Of a stretch of DNA of 64,000 bases, positions 17,797 to 26,122 are shown one piece after another (position 1 is the first letter of the stretch; every line of letters begins with the position of its first letter). Under the pieces are notes generated by a model. That model was not told the origin of the DNA, did no database searches, and was given only the letters and a program-made list of their open reading frames with translations. Source of the DNA: Pseudomonadota bacterium (GTDB lineage: Bacteria; Pseudomonadota; Alphaproteobacteria; Rhodobacterales; Rhodobacteraceae); NCBI GenBank assembly GCA_038528385.1, contig JBCBET010000008.1:68855-132854 (forward strand). The letters run 5' to 3'. The position numbers were made by a program, and so were the translations under genes.

Positions 17797-18131
17797 AGTT
17801 GCCCATGCTCAACCGCCCGCTCGTCCTCGAGGAGCGGCTCCGCACCGCGGACGGGGCGGGCGGCTATACCGAGGCCTGGATGCCGCTCGGCACACTCTGG
17901 GCAGAGCTCAAGGCGGGCTCGGGCCGCGAGACGGGGGAGAATTTCTCCACCCGCTCCCGCGCGCCCTACCGGATCACGGTGCGCGCCGCGCCAGAAGGCG
18001 CGCCCTCCCGGCCGAAGCCCGACCAACGCTTCGTGGACGGGGCGCGCGTCTTCTCGATCCTCGCGGTCATGGAGGCGGGCACCGATGGCCGCTTTCTCAC
18101 CTGCAACGCCCGCGAGGAGGTGGTGACATGA
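17790..18131 (+). CDS. GTA g7 head-tail adaptor / head closure protein
   Basis: 113 aa, overlaps g6. ...GGYTEAWMPLGTLWAELK...YRITVR is typical of SPP1 gp16-like adaptors. Confidence 0.75.
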   Translation: MVKLPMLNRPLVLEERLRTADGAGGYTEAWMPLGTLWAELKAGSGRETGENFSTRSRAPYRITVRAAPEGAPSRPKPDQRFVDGARVFSILAVMEAGTDGRFLTCNAREEVVT

Positions 18132-18538
18132 GCTTTGCGGCATCGGGCGGGCTGCAGGCGGCGGTCTACACGGCGCTCACGGGCGACGCGGCGCTCACGG
18201 GTCTCGTGGGGAGCGACATCTACGACGCGCTGCCCACGGGCACCGTGCCCGCGCTCTATGTGAGCCTCGGGCCCGAGGAGGCCTCGGACGCCTCTTCGAA
18301 GACCGGACGCGGCGCGCGCCACGACTTCAGCGTCTCGGTGGTCACGGACACCTCGGGCTTCCAGGCGGCCAAGGACGTGGCCTCGGCGATCTGCGACGTG
18401 CTCGTGGATGCCGACCTCCCCCTCGCACGGGGCAACCTCGTGGGCCTCTGGTTTCTCAAGGCCAAGGCGGCGCGGTCCGGCGACGGCGACGTGCGCCGCA
18501 TCGATCTGACCTTCCGCGCGCGGATCGACGGGGTCTGA
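18128..18538 (+). CDS. GTA g8 (DUF3168-like tail completion protein)
   Basis: ATGA overlap with g7. LQAAVYTALTGDAALTGLVGSDIYDALP is typical of DUF3168. Confidence 0.75.
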   Translation: MSFAASGGLQAAVYTALTGDAALTGLVGSDIYDALPTGTVPALYVSLGPEEASDASSKTGRGARHDFSVSVVTDTSGFQAAKDVASAICDVLVDADLPLARGNLVGLWFLKAKAARSGDGDVRRIDLTFRARIDGV

Positions 18539-18590
18539 CCCCGCCGCCCGCGCGCGTCTCTCACTACCCTTCCAGAATGGAGAAAGAGCC

Positions 18591-19004
18591 ATGGCAGCTC
18601 AGAACGGCAAGGACCTGCTTCTCAAGGTCGACATGAACGGGACGGGCTCCTTCGAGACCGTGGCGGGCCTGCGCGCGACGCGCGTGAGCTTCAACACGGA
18701 ATCGGTGGACGTCACGAGCGTCGAAAGCTCGGGCGGCTGGCGCGAGCTCCTGGCGGGTGCGGGCACGAAGACCGTGGCGATCACGGGGTCGGGCGTCTTC
18801 AAGGACGACGCCACCGATGCGCGCATGCGCGAGATCTTCTTTGCCGGCGAAAACCCCGGGTTCCAGATCATCGTGCCCGATTTCGGCACCGTGGAGGGCC
18901 CGTTCCAGGTGACGGCGCTCGAATATGCGGGCTCCCATGACGGGGAGGCGACCTACGAGCTCTCCCTCGCCTCGGCGGGCGTCATCGGCTTCACGGCGCT
19001 CTGA
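18591..19004 (+). CDS. GTA g9 major tail (tube) protein
   Basis: GKDLLLKVDMNGTGSFETVAGLRATRVSFNTESVDVTS... (TP901-1-type major tail). Confidence 0.85.
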   Translation: MAAQNGKDLLLKVDMNGTGSFETVAGLRATRVSFNTESVDVTSVESSGGWRELLAGAGTKTVAITGSGVFKDDATDARMREIFFAGENPGFQIIVPDFGTVEGPFQVTALEYAGSHDGEATYELSLASAGVIGFTAL

Positions 19005-19006
19005 GC

Positions 19007-19324
19007 ATGGCCAATCCCCTGGCAGGTGAAGTGGCGCTCGTCCTGGATGGCGAGCGCCGCGTGCTCAAGCTCACGCTGGGCGCGCTGGCCGAGCTCGAGG
19101 AGGCGCTGGGCGACGAGAGCCTCATCGCGCTCATCGAGCGGTTCGAGGGCGGCGGCTACCGGGCGCGCGATGTGCTGGTGCTCGTCGTCGCAGGCCTGCG
19201 CGGAGGCGGCTGGCAGGGCTCCGAGCGCGACCTCATGGGCGCCGAGATCGAAGGCGGCATCCGCGAGGCGGCACGGGTGGCGGCGCGGCTTCTCGTCCTC
19301 GCCTTCACGCCGGTGGGCGCATGA
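19007..19324 (+). CDS. GTA g10 tail assembly chaperone-like protein
   Basis: GEVALVLDGERRVLKLTLGALAELEEALG, in the position after the tail tube gene. Confidence 0.75.
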   Translation: MANPLAGEVALVLDGERRVLKLTLGALAELEEALGDESLIALIERFEGGGYRARDVLVLVVAGLRGGGWQGSERDLMGAEIEGGIREAARVAARLLVLAFTPVGA

Positions 19325-19539
19325 CGAGCGCGCTCGACTGGCCCGCGCTCTGCCGGCTGGGCATCGCGGAAATGCGGCTCAAGCCCTGCGAGTTTTGGGC
19401 GCTCACGCCCGCGGAGCTCGCCCTCATGGCGGGCGCGTCGGGCGCGCGGCAACGGCTCGGCAAGGCGGATCTCGGCGCGCTCATGGCGCGCTTCCCGGAC
19501 GCGGCCAAAGACAGTGGAAAGGAGCCCGAGGATGATTGA
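19321..19539 (+). CDS. GTA g10.1 small protein
   Basis: ATGA overlap with g10. LDWPALCRLGIAEMRLKPCEFWALTPAEL. Confidence 0.7.
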   Translation: MTSALDWPALCRLGIAEMRLKPCEFWALTPAELALMAGASGARQRLGKADLGALMARFPDAAKDSGKEPEDD

Positions 19540-20191
19540 TTTCGACGGTATCGACGGGTTCGACGACGAGCTCGGCCAGCTCACCGGCAGCGTGGAGGAG
19601 GCGCGGGCCGTGACCCAGAGCTTCACCCACGAGATCGACCGCGTGAAGCTCTCGCTCGCCTCGGTGAACACGGATGTGGCCACTTTCGAAAAGGGGCTCT
19701 CCAAGGGGCTGAAGCGGGCCTTCGACGGGGTCGTCTTCAAGGGCATGGAGCTCTCGGAGGCCATGGGCGTCCTGGGCGAGAGCCTCTCGCGGACGGTCTA
19801 CAAGGCCGCGCTCGATCCCGTGGCGGACGGCTTTGCGAGCACCATCGCCAGCGGGCTCGGCGGGCTCTTCGGGGCCTCCCCCTTCGGCCAGGGCGCGGCG
19901 TTCTCCAGCGGGCGCGTGACGCCCTTTGCCCGGGGCGGGGTGGTGGCGCAGGCCACGGCCTTTCCCATGCGGGGCGGCACGGGGCTCATGGGCGAGGCGG
20001 GACCCGAGGCGATCATGCCGCTCGCCCGCGGCGCCGACGGGCGGCTCGGCGTGCGCAGCGCCGGCGGCGGCGCGGCGGCCAACATCACCATCAACGTCAC
20101 CACGCCCGATGTGGCGGGCTTCCAGAAAAGCCAGGGCCAGATCGCGGCGCACGTGAACCGCGCGCTCGCTCGCGGCCAGCGCAACGCCTGA
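19532..20191 (+). CDS. GTA g11 short tape-measure protein
   Basis: ~219 aa, Gly/Ala-rich, ...MGEAGPEAIMPLARGADGRLGV.... Called by position, with ATGA overlap at the start. Confidence 0.75.
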   Translation: MIDFDGIDGFDDELGQLTGSVEEARAVTQSFTHEIDRVKLSLASVNTDVATFEKGLSKGLKRAFDGVVFKGMELSEAMGVLGESLSRTVYKAALDPVADGFASTIASGLGGLFGASPFGQGAAFSSGRVTPFARGGVVAQATAFPMRGGTGLMGEAGPEAIMPLARGADGRLGVRSAGGGAAANITINVTTPDVAGFQKSQGQIAAHVNRALARGQRNA

Positions 20192-20202
20192 GGGAGGACC
20201 CC

Positions 20203-20832
20203 ATGTTTCACGAAGTGAGATTTCCCGCCACGCTGAGCTTCGGCTCCGTGGGCGGGCCCGAGCGGCGCACGGAGATCGTGACGCTCGCCAATGGCTACGA
20301 GGAGCGCAACACTCCCTGGGCCCATTCGCGCCGCCGCTACGACGCGGGCGTGGCCATGCGCTCCCTCGACGATGTGGAGGAGCTCATCGCCTTCTTCGAG
20401 GCCCGCGGCGGGCAGTTGAACGGCTTCCGCTGGAAGGACTGGTCCGACTACCGCTCCGTGGCCTCCGACCGCCAGGTGGCCTTCGACGACCAGGTGATCG
20501 GGGAGGGCGACGGCGTCGCCACCGACTACCAGCTCGTGAAGGTCTACCGCTCGGGCCAGGAACTCTATGCTCGCCCGATCCGGAAGCCCGTGGCGGGCAC
20601 GGTGCGGATCGGCGTGGGCGATGTCGAAAAGCTGGACACGATCGATTACACCGTCGATCCCAACACCGGCATCGTCAGCTTCCTCGAGGCGCCCGATGAG
20701 GGCGCGGAGGTGACGGCGGGCTACGAATTCGACGTGCCCGTGCGTTTCGACACGCCGAGCATCCAGACCTCCGTCGCGGCCTTCCGCGCGGGCGACGCGC
20801 CCAGCGTGCCGGTGGTGGAGATCCGGGTATGA
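20203..20832 (+). CDS. GTA g12 distal tail protein (DUF2460)
   Basis: MFHEVRFPATLSFGSVGGPERRTEIVTLANGYEERNTPW...FRWKDWSDY. Confidence 0.85.
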   Translation: MFHEVRFPATLSFGSVGGPERRTEIVTLANGYEERNTPWAHSRRRYDAGVAMRSLDDVEELIAFFEARGGQLNGFRWKDWSDYRSVASDRQVAFDDQVIGEGDGVATDYQLVKVYRSGQELYARPIRKPVAGTVRIGVGDVEKLDTIDYTVDPNTGIVSFLEAPDEGAEVTAGYEFDVPVRFDTPSIQTSVAAFRAGDAPSVPVVEIRV

Positions 20833-21701
20833 GCGCCGAGGCGCTGAAGGCGCATCTCGCCGCGGGCGACACCACCGTGGCGCGCGCCTGGCTCCTCGAG
20901 CGGCGCGACGGGATCCGCTTCGGTTTCACCGATCACGACCTGCCGCTCGTCTTCGAGGGGATCAGCTTCGACGCGCAAGGCGGCCTCACGGCGGCGGCGC
21001 TCACCCAGACCTCGGGCCTCTCGATCGACAACACCGAGGCGCTCGGCGCACTCAGCGATGCCCGCATCACCGAGGCCGACATCAATGCCGGGCTCTATGA
21101 CGGCGCGTGGGTGACGGCGTGGCTCGTGAACTGGGCCGATGTGAGCGCGCGCAAGGTGCTCTTCCGCGGCCAGGTGGGGGAGGTGCGCCGGGGCGACGGC
21201 GCCTTCACCGCCGAGCTGCGCGGCCTCACGGAGCTTTTGAACGCGCCCCAGGGGCGTACATACCTTCGGACCTGTCCAGATCTGGGGCTCCACGGCTTCG
21301 ATTTCTCGCAGCCGGGCTATGCCACCGAGGTGCCCGTCGAAGAGATCGAGGATCGCCGCCTCCTGCGCTTTGCCGCGTTGCCGGGATTTGATCCCGACTG
21401 GTTCGAGCGGGGGCGTCTCGAGGTCCTGTCGGGCGCGGCCCAGGGGCTATCGGGTGCGATCAAGTGGGACCGGCTGACGGATGCGGGCCGCGAGATCGAA
21501 CTCTGGATGTCGATCCGGGGCGATCTCCGGCCAGGCGATGTCGTCCGCCTGGAGGCGGGCTCCGACGGGACGCTGGAGACGGCGAAGCTCAAATTCGACA
21601 ACGTCGTCAATTTCCGCGGCTTCCCCTTCATCCCGGGCGATGATTGGCTCGCCGCCATCCCGCGCCGGGGCGGCTCGAACGGCGGCGGGGCGCTCGAGTG
21701 A
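20829..21701 (+). CDS. GTA g13 baseplate hub protein (DUF2163 plus BR0599-type C-terminal domain)
   Basis: TVARAWLLERRDGIRFGFTDHD...NWADVS...KFDNVVNFRGFPFIPGDDW. There is only one Cys in 290 aa. Confidence 0.85.
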   Translation: MSAEALKAHLAAGDTTVARAWLLERRDGIRFGFTDHDLPLVFEGISFDAQGGLTAAALTQTSGLSIDNTEALGALSDARITEADINAGLYDGAWVTAWLVNWADVSARKVLFRGQVGEVRRGDGAFTAELRGLTELLNAPQGRTYLRTCPDLGLHGFDFSQPGYATEVPVEEIEDRRLLRFAALPGFDPDWFERGRLEVLSGAAQGLSGAIKWDRLTDAGREIELWMSIRGDLRPGDVVRLEAGSDGTLETAKLKFDNVVNFRGFPFIPGDDWLAAIPRRGGSNGGGALE

Positions 21702-22135
21702 CGCGGGACCGGATTGTCCACGCGGCCCGGCTCTGGATCGGCACGCCCTATCACCATCAGGCGAGCCTGCGTGGCGTGGGCGCCGATTGCCTGGGCCTCG
21801 TCCGCGGGGTCTGGCGCGACGTCTGTGGGGCGGAGCCCGGGGCGATCCCGCCCTACAGCCCCGACTGGTCCGAGGCGGCGCGCGAAGAGCGCCTCTGGGA
21901 GGCCGCGCGCGCGCATCTCGTGGAGGTGGACCGCCCGCCAACCGCGGGCGACGTCGTCCTCTTCCGCATGCGCCGCGGCATGGTGGCCAAGCATCTGGGC
22001 ATCGTCACATCCCGGATGATCGGCGGCTCCTTCGTCCATGCCTACCAGGGCCATGGCGTGATCGAGAGCCCGCTGAGCGATCCCTGGCGGCGGCGCGCCG
22101 TCTCCTTCTTTGAATTTCCCGAATGCGAGGCCTGA
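21698..22135 (+). CDS. GTA g14 NlpC/P60 cell-wall peptidase
   Basis: GTG start overlapping the g13 stop (GTGA). WIGTPYHHQASLRGVGADCLGLVRGVW...KHLGIV...FVHAY gives a Cys/His catalytic pattern. Confidence 0.82.
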   Translation: MTRDRIVHAARLWIGTPYHHQASLRGVGADCLGLVRGVWRDVCGAEPGAIPPYSPDWSEAAREERLWEAARAHLVEVDRPPTAGDVVLFRMRRGMVAKHLGIVTSRMIGGSFVHAYQGHGVIESPLSDPWRRRAVSFFEFPECEA

Positions 22136-22138
22136 GCG

Positions 22139-25100
22139 ATGGCGACACTCCTTCTTTCCGCGGCCGGAGCGGCCCTGGGCGGTTCCGTGGGGGGCTCGCT
22201 CCTCGGGGCGTCGTCGGTGGCGATCGGGCGCCTCGTGGGGGCCACGATCGGACGCTCCATCGACCAGAACCTGCTCGGCCAGGGGGCCACGGCGGTGGAG
22301 ACCGGCAAAGTCGACCGGTTCCGCCTCACCGGTGCGTCAGAGGGCTCGGCCATGGCCCAGCTCTACGGGCGCATGCGCTTGGGCGGGCAGGTCATCTGGG
22401 CCACCGAGTTCCTCGAACGCTCGAGCACCAGCGGCGGGGGCGGCGGCAAGGGCTCCCGCTCCCAGCCCAAGACGACCACCTTCAGCTACTCGGTATCGCT
22501 GGCCATCGCGCTCTGCGAGGGTGAGATTTCGCGCGTTGGCCGCGTCTGGGCAGACGGCGAGGAGGTCGCGCCTGAGAGCTTGAACATGCGGGTCTATCCC
22601 GGCTCCTTCACGCAATTGCCGGACCCCAAGATCTCCGCGGTGCAAGGCGCGGAAAACACGCCCGCCTTCCGCGGAACGGCCTATGTCGTCATGGAGGATC
22701 TCGACCTCGCGCAGTTCGGCAACCGGGTGCCGCAATTCTCCTTCGAGGTGGTGCGCCCCGCCCAGGACGGAAGCGTGGACGCGCCGGAGGATATGGGCGA
22801 CGCGGTGCGCGCGGTGGCCATGATGCCGGGCTCGGGTGAGTATGCCCTGGCCACGACGCCGGTCGTCTACGATGCGGGCTACGGGCTCACGGCGTTCGCC
22901 AACGTCAACACCGCCTCATCGCTCACGGATTTCTCGGTGTCGCTCCAGACGCTTCAGGACGAGCTGCCCAATTGCGGGTCCACGTCGCTCATCGTCTCCT
23001 GGTTCGGGGACGATCTCCGCTGCGGGTCCTGCACGCTCACGCCGCGCGTGGAGCGCCGCGAGGACGAGCCCGCGGACATGCCCTGGCAGGTGGCGGGCGA
23101 GACGCGCGCCACTGCCGAGACCGTGCCGCTCGACGATGGCGGGCGGCCGGTCTATGGCGGCACACCCACCGACCAGTCCGTGGTGGAGGCGATCATGGCC
23201 ACGCGGGACGCGGGCCTCGAGGTGATGTTCTACCCGTTCATCCTCATGACGCAGGCGGAGGGCAACACGCTGCCCGATCCCTATGACGGTGCCGCGGGAC
23301 AGCCCGCCCTTCCGTGGCGGGGGCGCATCACGACCTCCCTCGCGCCCGGCATGGTGGGAAGCCCGGACGGCACCGCCGTCGCGGAGGCGGAGGTGGCGGC
23401 CTTCATGGGCACCGCGCAGTCCACGGATTTCGAGGTGAGCGGCACGGCCGTGCGCTATACCGGGCCCGCCGATACCGGCTATCGCCGGTTCATCCTGCAC
23501 TACGCCCACCTTTGCGCGGCAGCCGGCGGCGTGGAGGCGTTCTGCATCGGCTCCGAGATGCGCGGCCTCACCACGATCCGCGGCGCGGGCGGCAGCTTTC
23601 CCGCGGTGGCGGCGCTCATGACGCTTGCGGCGGAGTGCCGGGCGATCCTCGGCCCGGACTGCGCGATCAGCTACGCCGCCGACTGGTCGGAGTATTTCGG
23701 CTACCAGCCGCAGGACGGCTCGGGCGATGTCTACTACCACCTCGATCCGCTCTGGATGCACGAGGACATCGACTTCATCGGGATCGACAATTACATGCCG
23801 CTTTCGGACTGGCGGGACGGCGAGGATCATCTGGATGCCGGGGCGGGCGCGATCTACGACCTCGACTACCTCATGGGCAACATCGAGGGCGGGGAGGGCT
23901 ACAACTTCTACTACGCCTCCGCCCAGGCCCGCGACGCCCAGATCCGCACCCCCATAACCGACGGCGCCCATGGCGAGCCTTGGGTCTATCGCTACAAGGA
24001 CATCCGGAACTGGTGGAGCAACTACCACCACGAGCGCACCGGCGGCACGCGGGCGACGTTCCCCACGCTCTGGGAGCCGGGCGAGAAGCCCGTCCGCTTC
24101 ACCGAGCTGGGATGCGCGGCCGTCGACAAGGGCACGAACCAGCCGAACAAGTTTCTCGATCCGAAATCCTCGGAATCGAGCCTGCCCCACTTCTCGAACG
24201 GGCTGCGCGATCCGCTGATCCAGCTCCAGTATCTCCGGGCCATGGCGACCTATTGGGAGAACGCGGAGAACAACCCGACCTCGGGCGCCTATGGCGGCCC
24301 GATGATCGACACGAGCCGCGCCCATGTCTGGTCCTGGGATGCGCGACCCTATCCCTATTTCCCGGCGCGCATGGATGTCTGGGCCGATGGCGAGAACCAC
24401 GCCCGCGGACACTGGATCACCGGACGCGCTTCGGGCCGCTCGCTGGCGGACGTGGTGGCCGAAATCTGCACCCGCTCCGGCGTGACCGACTTCGATGTCA
24501 GCCGGCTCTTCGGGTTCGTGCGTGGCTATGTCGTCACCGATGTCTCCGATGCGCGCGCGGCGCTGCAGCCGCTCATGCTCGCCTATGGCTTTGACGCGGT
24601 GGAGCGGGGCGGCACGCTGCATTTCTTCAACCGGGATGGCCGCGCAACGCAGGCCGTGGCGGAGGATGAGCTCGTCTTCCGGGGCGGGGACGAGCCGGTG
24701 CTGCGCCGCGACCGCTCCGCCGCCTCCGAGGTGACGGGGCGGGTGCAGGTCACCTTCGTCGATGCGGACGGGGATTTCGAGACCGCGGCGGCGGAGGCCG
24801 TCTTCCCGGGAGAGGACCTTCATACCGTCACGAGTTCGGAGCTCTCGCTCGCGCTGACCCGGTCCGAGGGGCGCGTCATCGCCGAGCGCTGGCTGGCGGA
24901 GACGAAGCTCGCGCGCGATGCCGCCGAATTCGTGCTGCCGCCCTCGCTGTCGCATCTGGGCGCAGGTGACGTCGTGGCGCTGCCCGAAGAGGGGGGCGTC
25001 GGGCATTTCCGCATCGACCGGGTGGAGGACACCGAGGCGCGGCTCGTCGATGCCGTGCGCGTGGAGGCCGGCGTCTACGACCGGCCCGCCGATCTGGAGG

Positions 25101-26053
25101 CCGAGGTGGTCGTCTCGAAATTCGTGCCGCCGCTGCCGGTCTTTGCCAGTTACATGGACCTGCCGCTCATCACCGGAGACGAGCCGCCCCATGCCCCGCG
25201 GCTCGCCGCCACGGCGGCCGACTGGCCGGGGGTGGCGGCGCTCTATGCCTCGCCCACTGGGGAGGATTTCGCGCTCCTCGATCTGATCAGCATGCCCGCC
25301 ACCTTGGGTGAGGTTCTCGAGGACGTGCCCGCGGGGCCCATCGCCGTCACCGACCGCGCCACGACGATCCGCGTGCGGCTCACGCGCGGCGCGCTCGGCA
25401 GCCTCACGGAGGCGGCGCTCCTGGCGGGCGGCAATCTCGCGGCGATCGGTGACGGCACGCCCGATGCTTGGGAGATCCTCCAGTTCCGCGAGGCGCGCCT
25501 GGTGGGCGAGCGGACCTACGACCTCACGCTGCTGCTGCGCGGGCAGCTGGGGAGCGACGCGCTCATGCCGCCGGTCTGGCCCGCGGGCTCGGTCTTCGTG
25601 CTGCTCGACGCTGCCGTGGGGCTGCTCGATCTTCCGAGCAGCAGTCGCAATGTCTCGCAGACCTACCGGATCGGGCCGTCGGGGCGGCCTTTCGATGATC
25701 CGAGCTACCGGGAGGCCACGCTCGCCTTCCGCGGCAACGGCCTGAGACCCTACGCCCCCGTGCATCTGAGGGCTGCCCGAAAGGCGGACGGATCGCTCGC
25801 CGCCACCTGGATCCGGCGGTCGCGCGTGGACGGCGATATCTGGGATGGCGGGGACGTGCCGCTGGGCGAGGCGCGCGAGCTCTACGCCGTGCGGCTCCTG
25901 GCCGACGGTGCGCTCGTGGCCGAGGAGGTGACGATCGCGCCGCAATGGACGTGGCCCGCCGCAGACGTGCCTGCGGGCAGCCTCACCCTCGAAGTGGCTC
26001 AGATTTCGGAGAAGTACGGCCCCGGTCCGAGCGCGGTCACCGTCGTGGCGTGA
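22139..26053 (+). CDS. GTA g15 host-specificity / central baseplate protein (~1304 aa)
   Basis: N-terminal Gly-rich MATLLLSAAGAALGGSVGGSLLG. Called from its size and terminal position in the cluster. Contains a TIM-barrel-like middle region (FIGIDNYMPLSDWRDG). Confidence 0.85.
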   Translation: MATLLLSAAGAALGGSVGGSLLGASSVAIGRLVGATIGRSIDQNLLGQGATAVETGKVDRFRLTGASEGSAMAQLYGRMRLGGQVIWATEFLERSSTSGGGGGKGSRSQPKTTTFSYSVSLAIALCEGEISRVGRVWADGEEVAPESLNMRVYPGSFTQLPDPKISAVQGAENTPAFRGTAYVVMEDLDLAQFGNRVPQFSFEVVRPAQDGSVDAPEDMGDAVRAVAMMPGSGEYALATTPVVYDAGYGLTAFANVNTASSLTDFSVSLQTLQDELPNCGSTSLIVSWFGDDLRCGSCTLTPRVERREDEPADMPWQVAGETRATAETVPLDDGGRPVYGGTPTDQSVVEAIMATRDAGLEVMFYPFILMTQAEGNTLPDPYDGAAGQPALPWRGRITTSLAPGMVGSPDGTAVAEAEVAAFMGTAQSTDFEVSGTAVRYTGPADTGYRRFILHYAHLCAAAGGVEAFCIGSEMRGLTTIRGAGGSFPAVAALMTLAAECRAILGPDCAISYAADWSEYFGYQPQDGSGDVYYHLDPLWMHEDIDFIGIDNYMPLSDWRDGEDHLDAGAGAIYDLDYLMGNIEGGEGYNFYYASAQARDAQIRTPITDGAHGEPWVYRYKDIRNWWSNYHHERTGGTRATFPTLWEPGEKPVRFTELGCAAVDKGTNQPNKFLDPKSSESSLPHFSNGLRDPLIQLQYLRAMATYWENAENNPTSGAYGGPMIDTSRAHVWSWDARPYPYFPARMDVWADGENHARGHWITGRASGRSLADVVAEICTRSGVTDFDVSRLFGFVRGYVVTDVSDARAALQPLMLAYGFDAVERGGTLHFFNRDGRATQAVAEDELVFRGGDEPVLRRDRSAASEVTGRVQVTFVDADGDFETAAAEAVFPGEDLHTVTSSELSLALTRSEGRVIAERWLAETKLARDAAEFVLPPSLSHLGAGDVVALPEEGGVGHFRIDRVEDTEARLVDAVRVEAGVYDRPADLEAEVVVSKFVPPLPVFASYMDLPLITGDEPPHAPRLAATAADWPGVAALYASPTGEDFALLDLISMPATLGEVLEDVPAGPIAVTDRATTIRVRLTRGALGSLTEAALLAGGNLAAIGDGTPDAWEILQFREARLVGERTYDLTLLLRGQLGSDALMPPVWPAGSVFVLLDAAVGLLDLPSSSRNVSQTYRIGPSGRPFDDPSYREATLAFRGNGLRPYAPVHLRAARKADGSLAATWIRRSRVDGDIWDGGDVPLGEARELYAVRLLADGALVAEEVTIAPQWTWPAADVPAGSLTLEVAQISEKYGPGPSAVTVVA

Positions 26054-26079
26054 GCGCCTCCGTTTAAGTTTGCGTGAGA

Positions 26080-26100
26080 GTGACTACCTTGTGTAGTCAC
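26080..26100. promoter_or_regulatory. Inverted repeat GTGACTAC-N5-GTAGTCAC between g15 and cysE
   Basis: Perfect 8-bp arms, relatively AT-rich. It lies 27 nt after the g15 stop and 22 nt before the cysE ATG. Confidence 0.4.
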
Positions 26101-26122
26101 GGCGCAAACGAGGGAGGCCGAG

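Larger units (their letters stand above)
11988..26053 (+). mobile_element. RcGTA-type gene transfer agent structural cluster (domesticated phage-derived head-tail module, g1 to g15)
   Basis: 17 co-oriented, mostly overlapping ORFs in the canonical order: TerS-like, TerL, portal, g3.5, protease, capsid, adaptors, tail tube, chaperones, short tape measure, DUF2460, DUF2163, NlpC/P60, and a ~1300-aa host-specificity protein. The cluster is ~14.1 kb with no integrase, repressor, replication or lysis genes. Confidence 0.9.

Noticed and set aside
19300-19330. G/GT-style programmed -1 frameshift between g10 and g10.1 (tail chaperones)
   Set aside because: g10.1 has its own ATG overlapping the g10 stop (ATGA), and there is no X XXY YYZ slippery site at the junction. 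They are treated as separate coupled genes.
22916-25945. 1009-aa minus-strand ORF
   Set aside because: It is fully antisense to GTA g15. Its composition is dominated by R, G, H and A with no recognisable motif. It is a high-GC mirror ORF.
11988-26053. Interpretation of the phage-like cluster as an intact or defective prophage
   Set aside because: The cluster is only ~14 kb. It has no integrase, excisionase, repressor, replication or lysis genes, and no flanking direct repeats or tRNA. The gene order and the short tape measure match RcGTA-type gene transfer agents.
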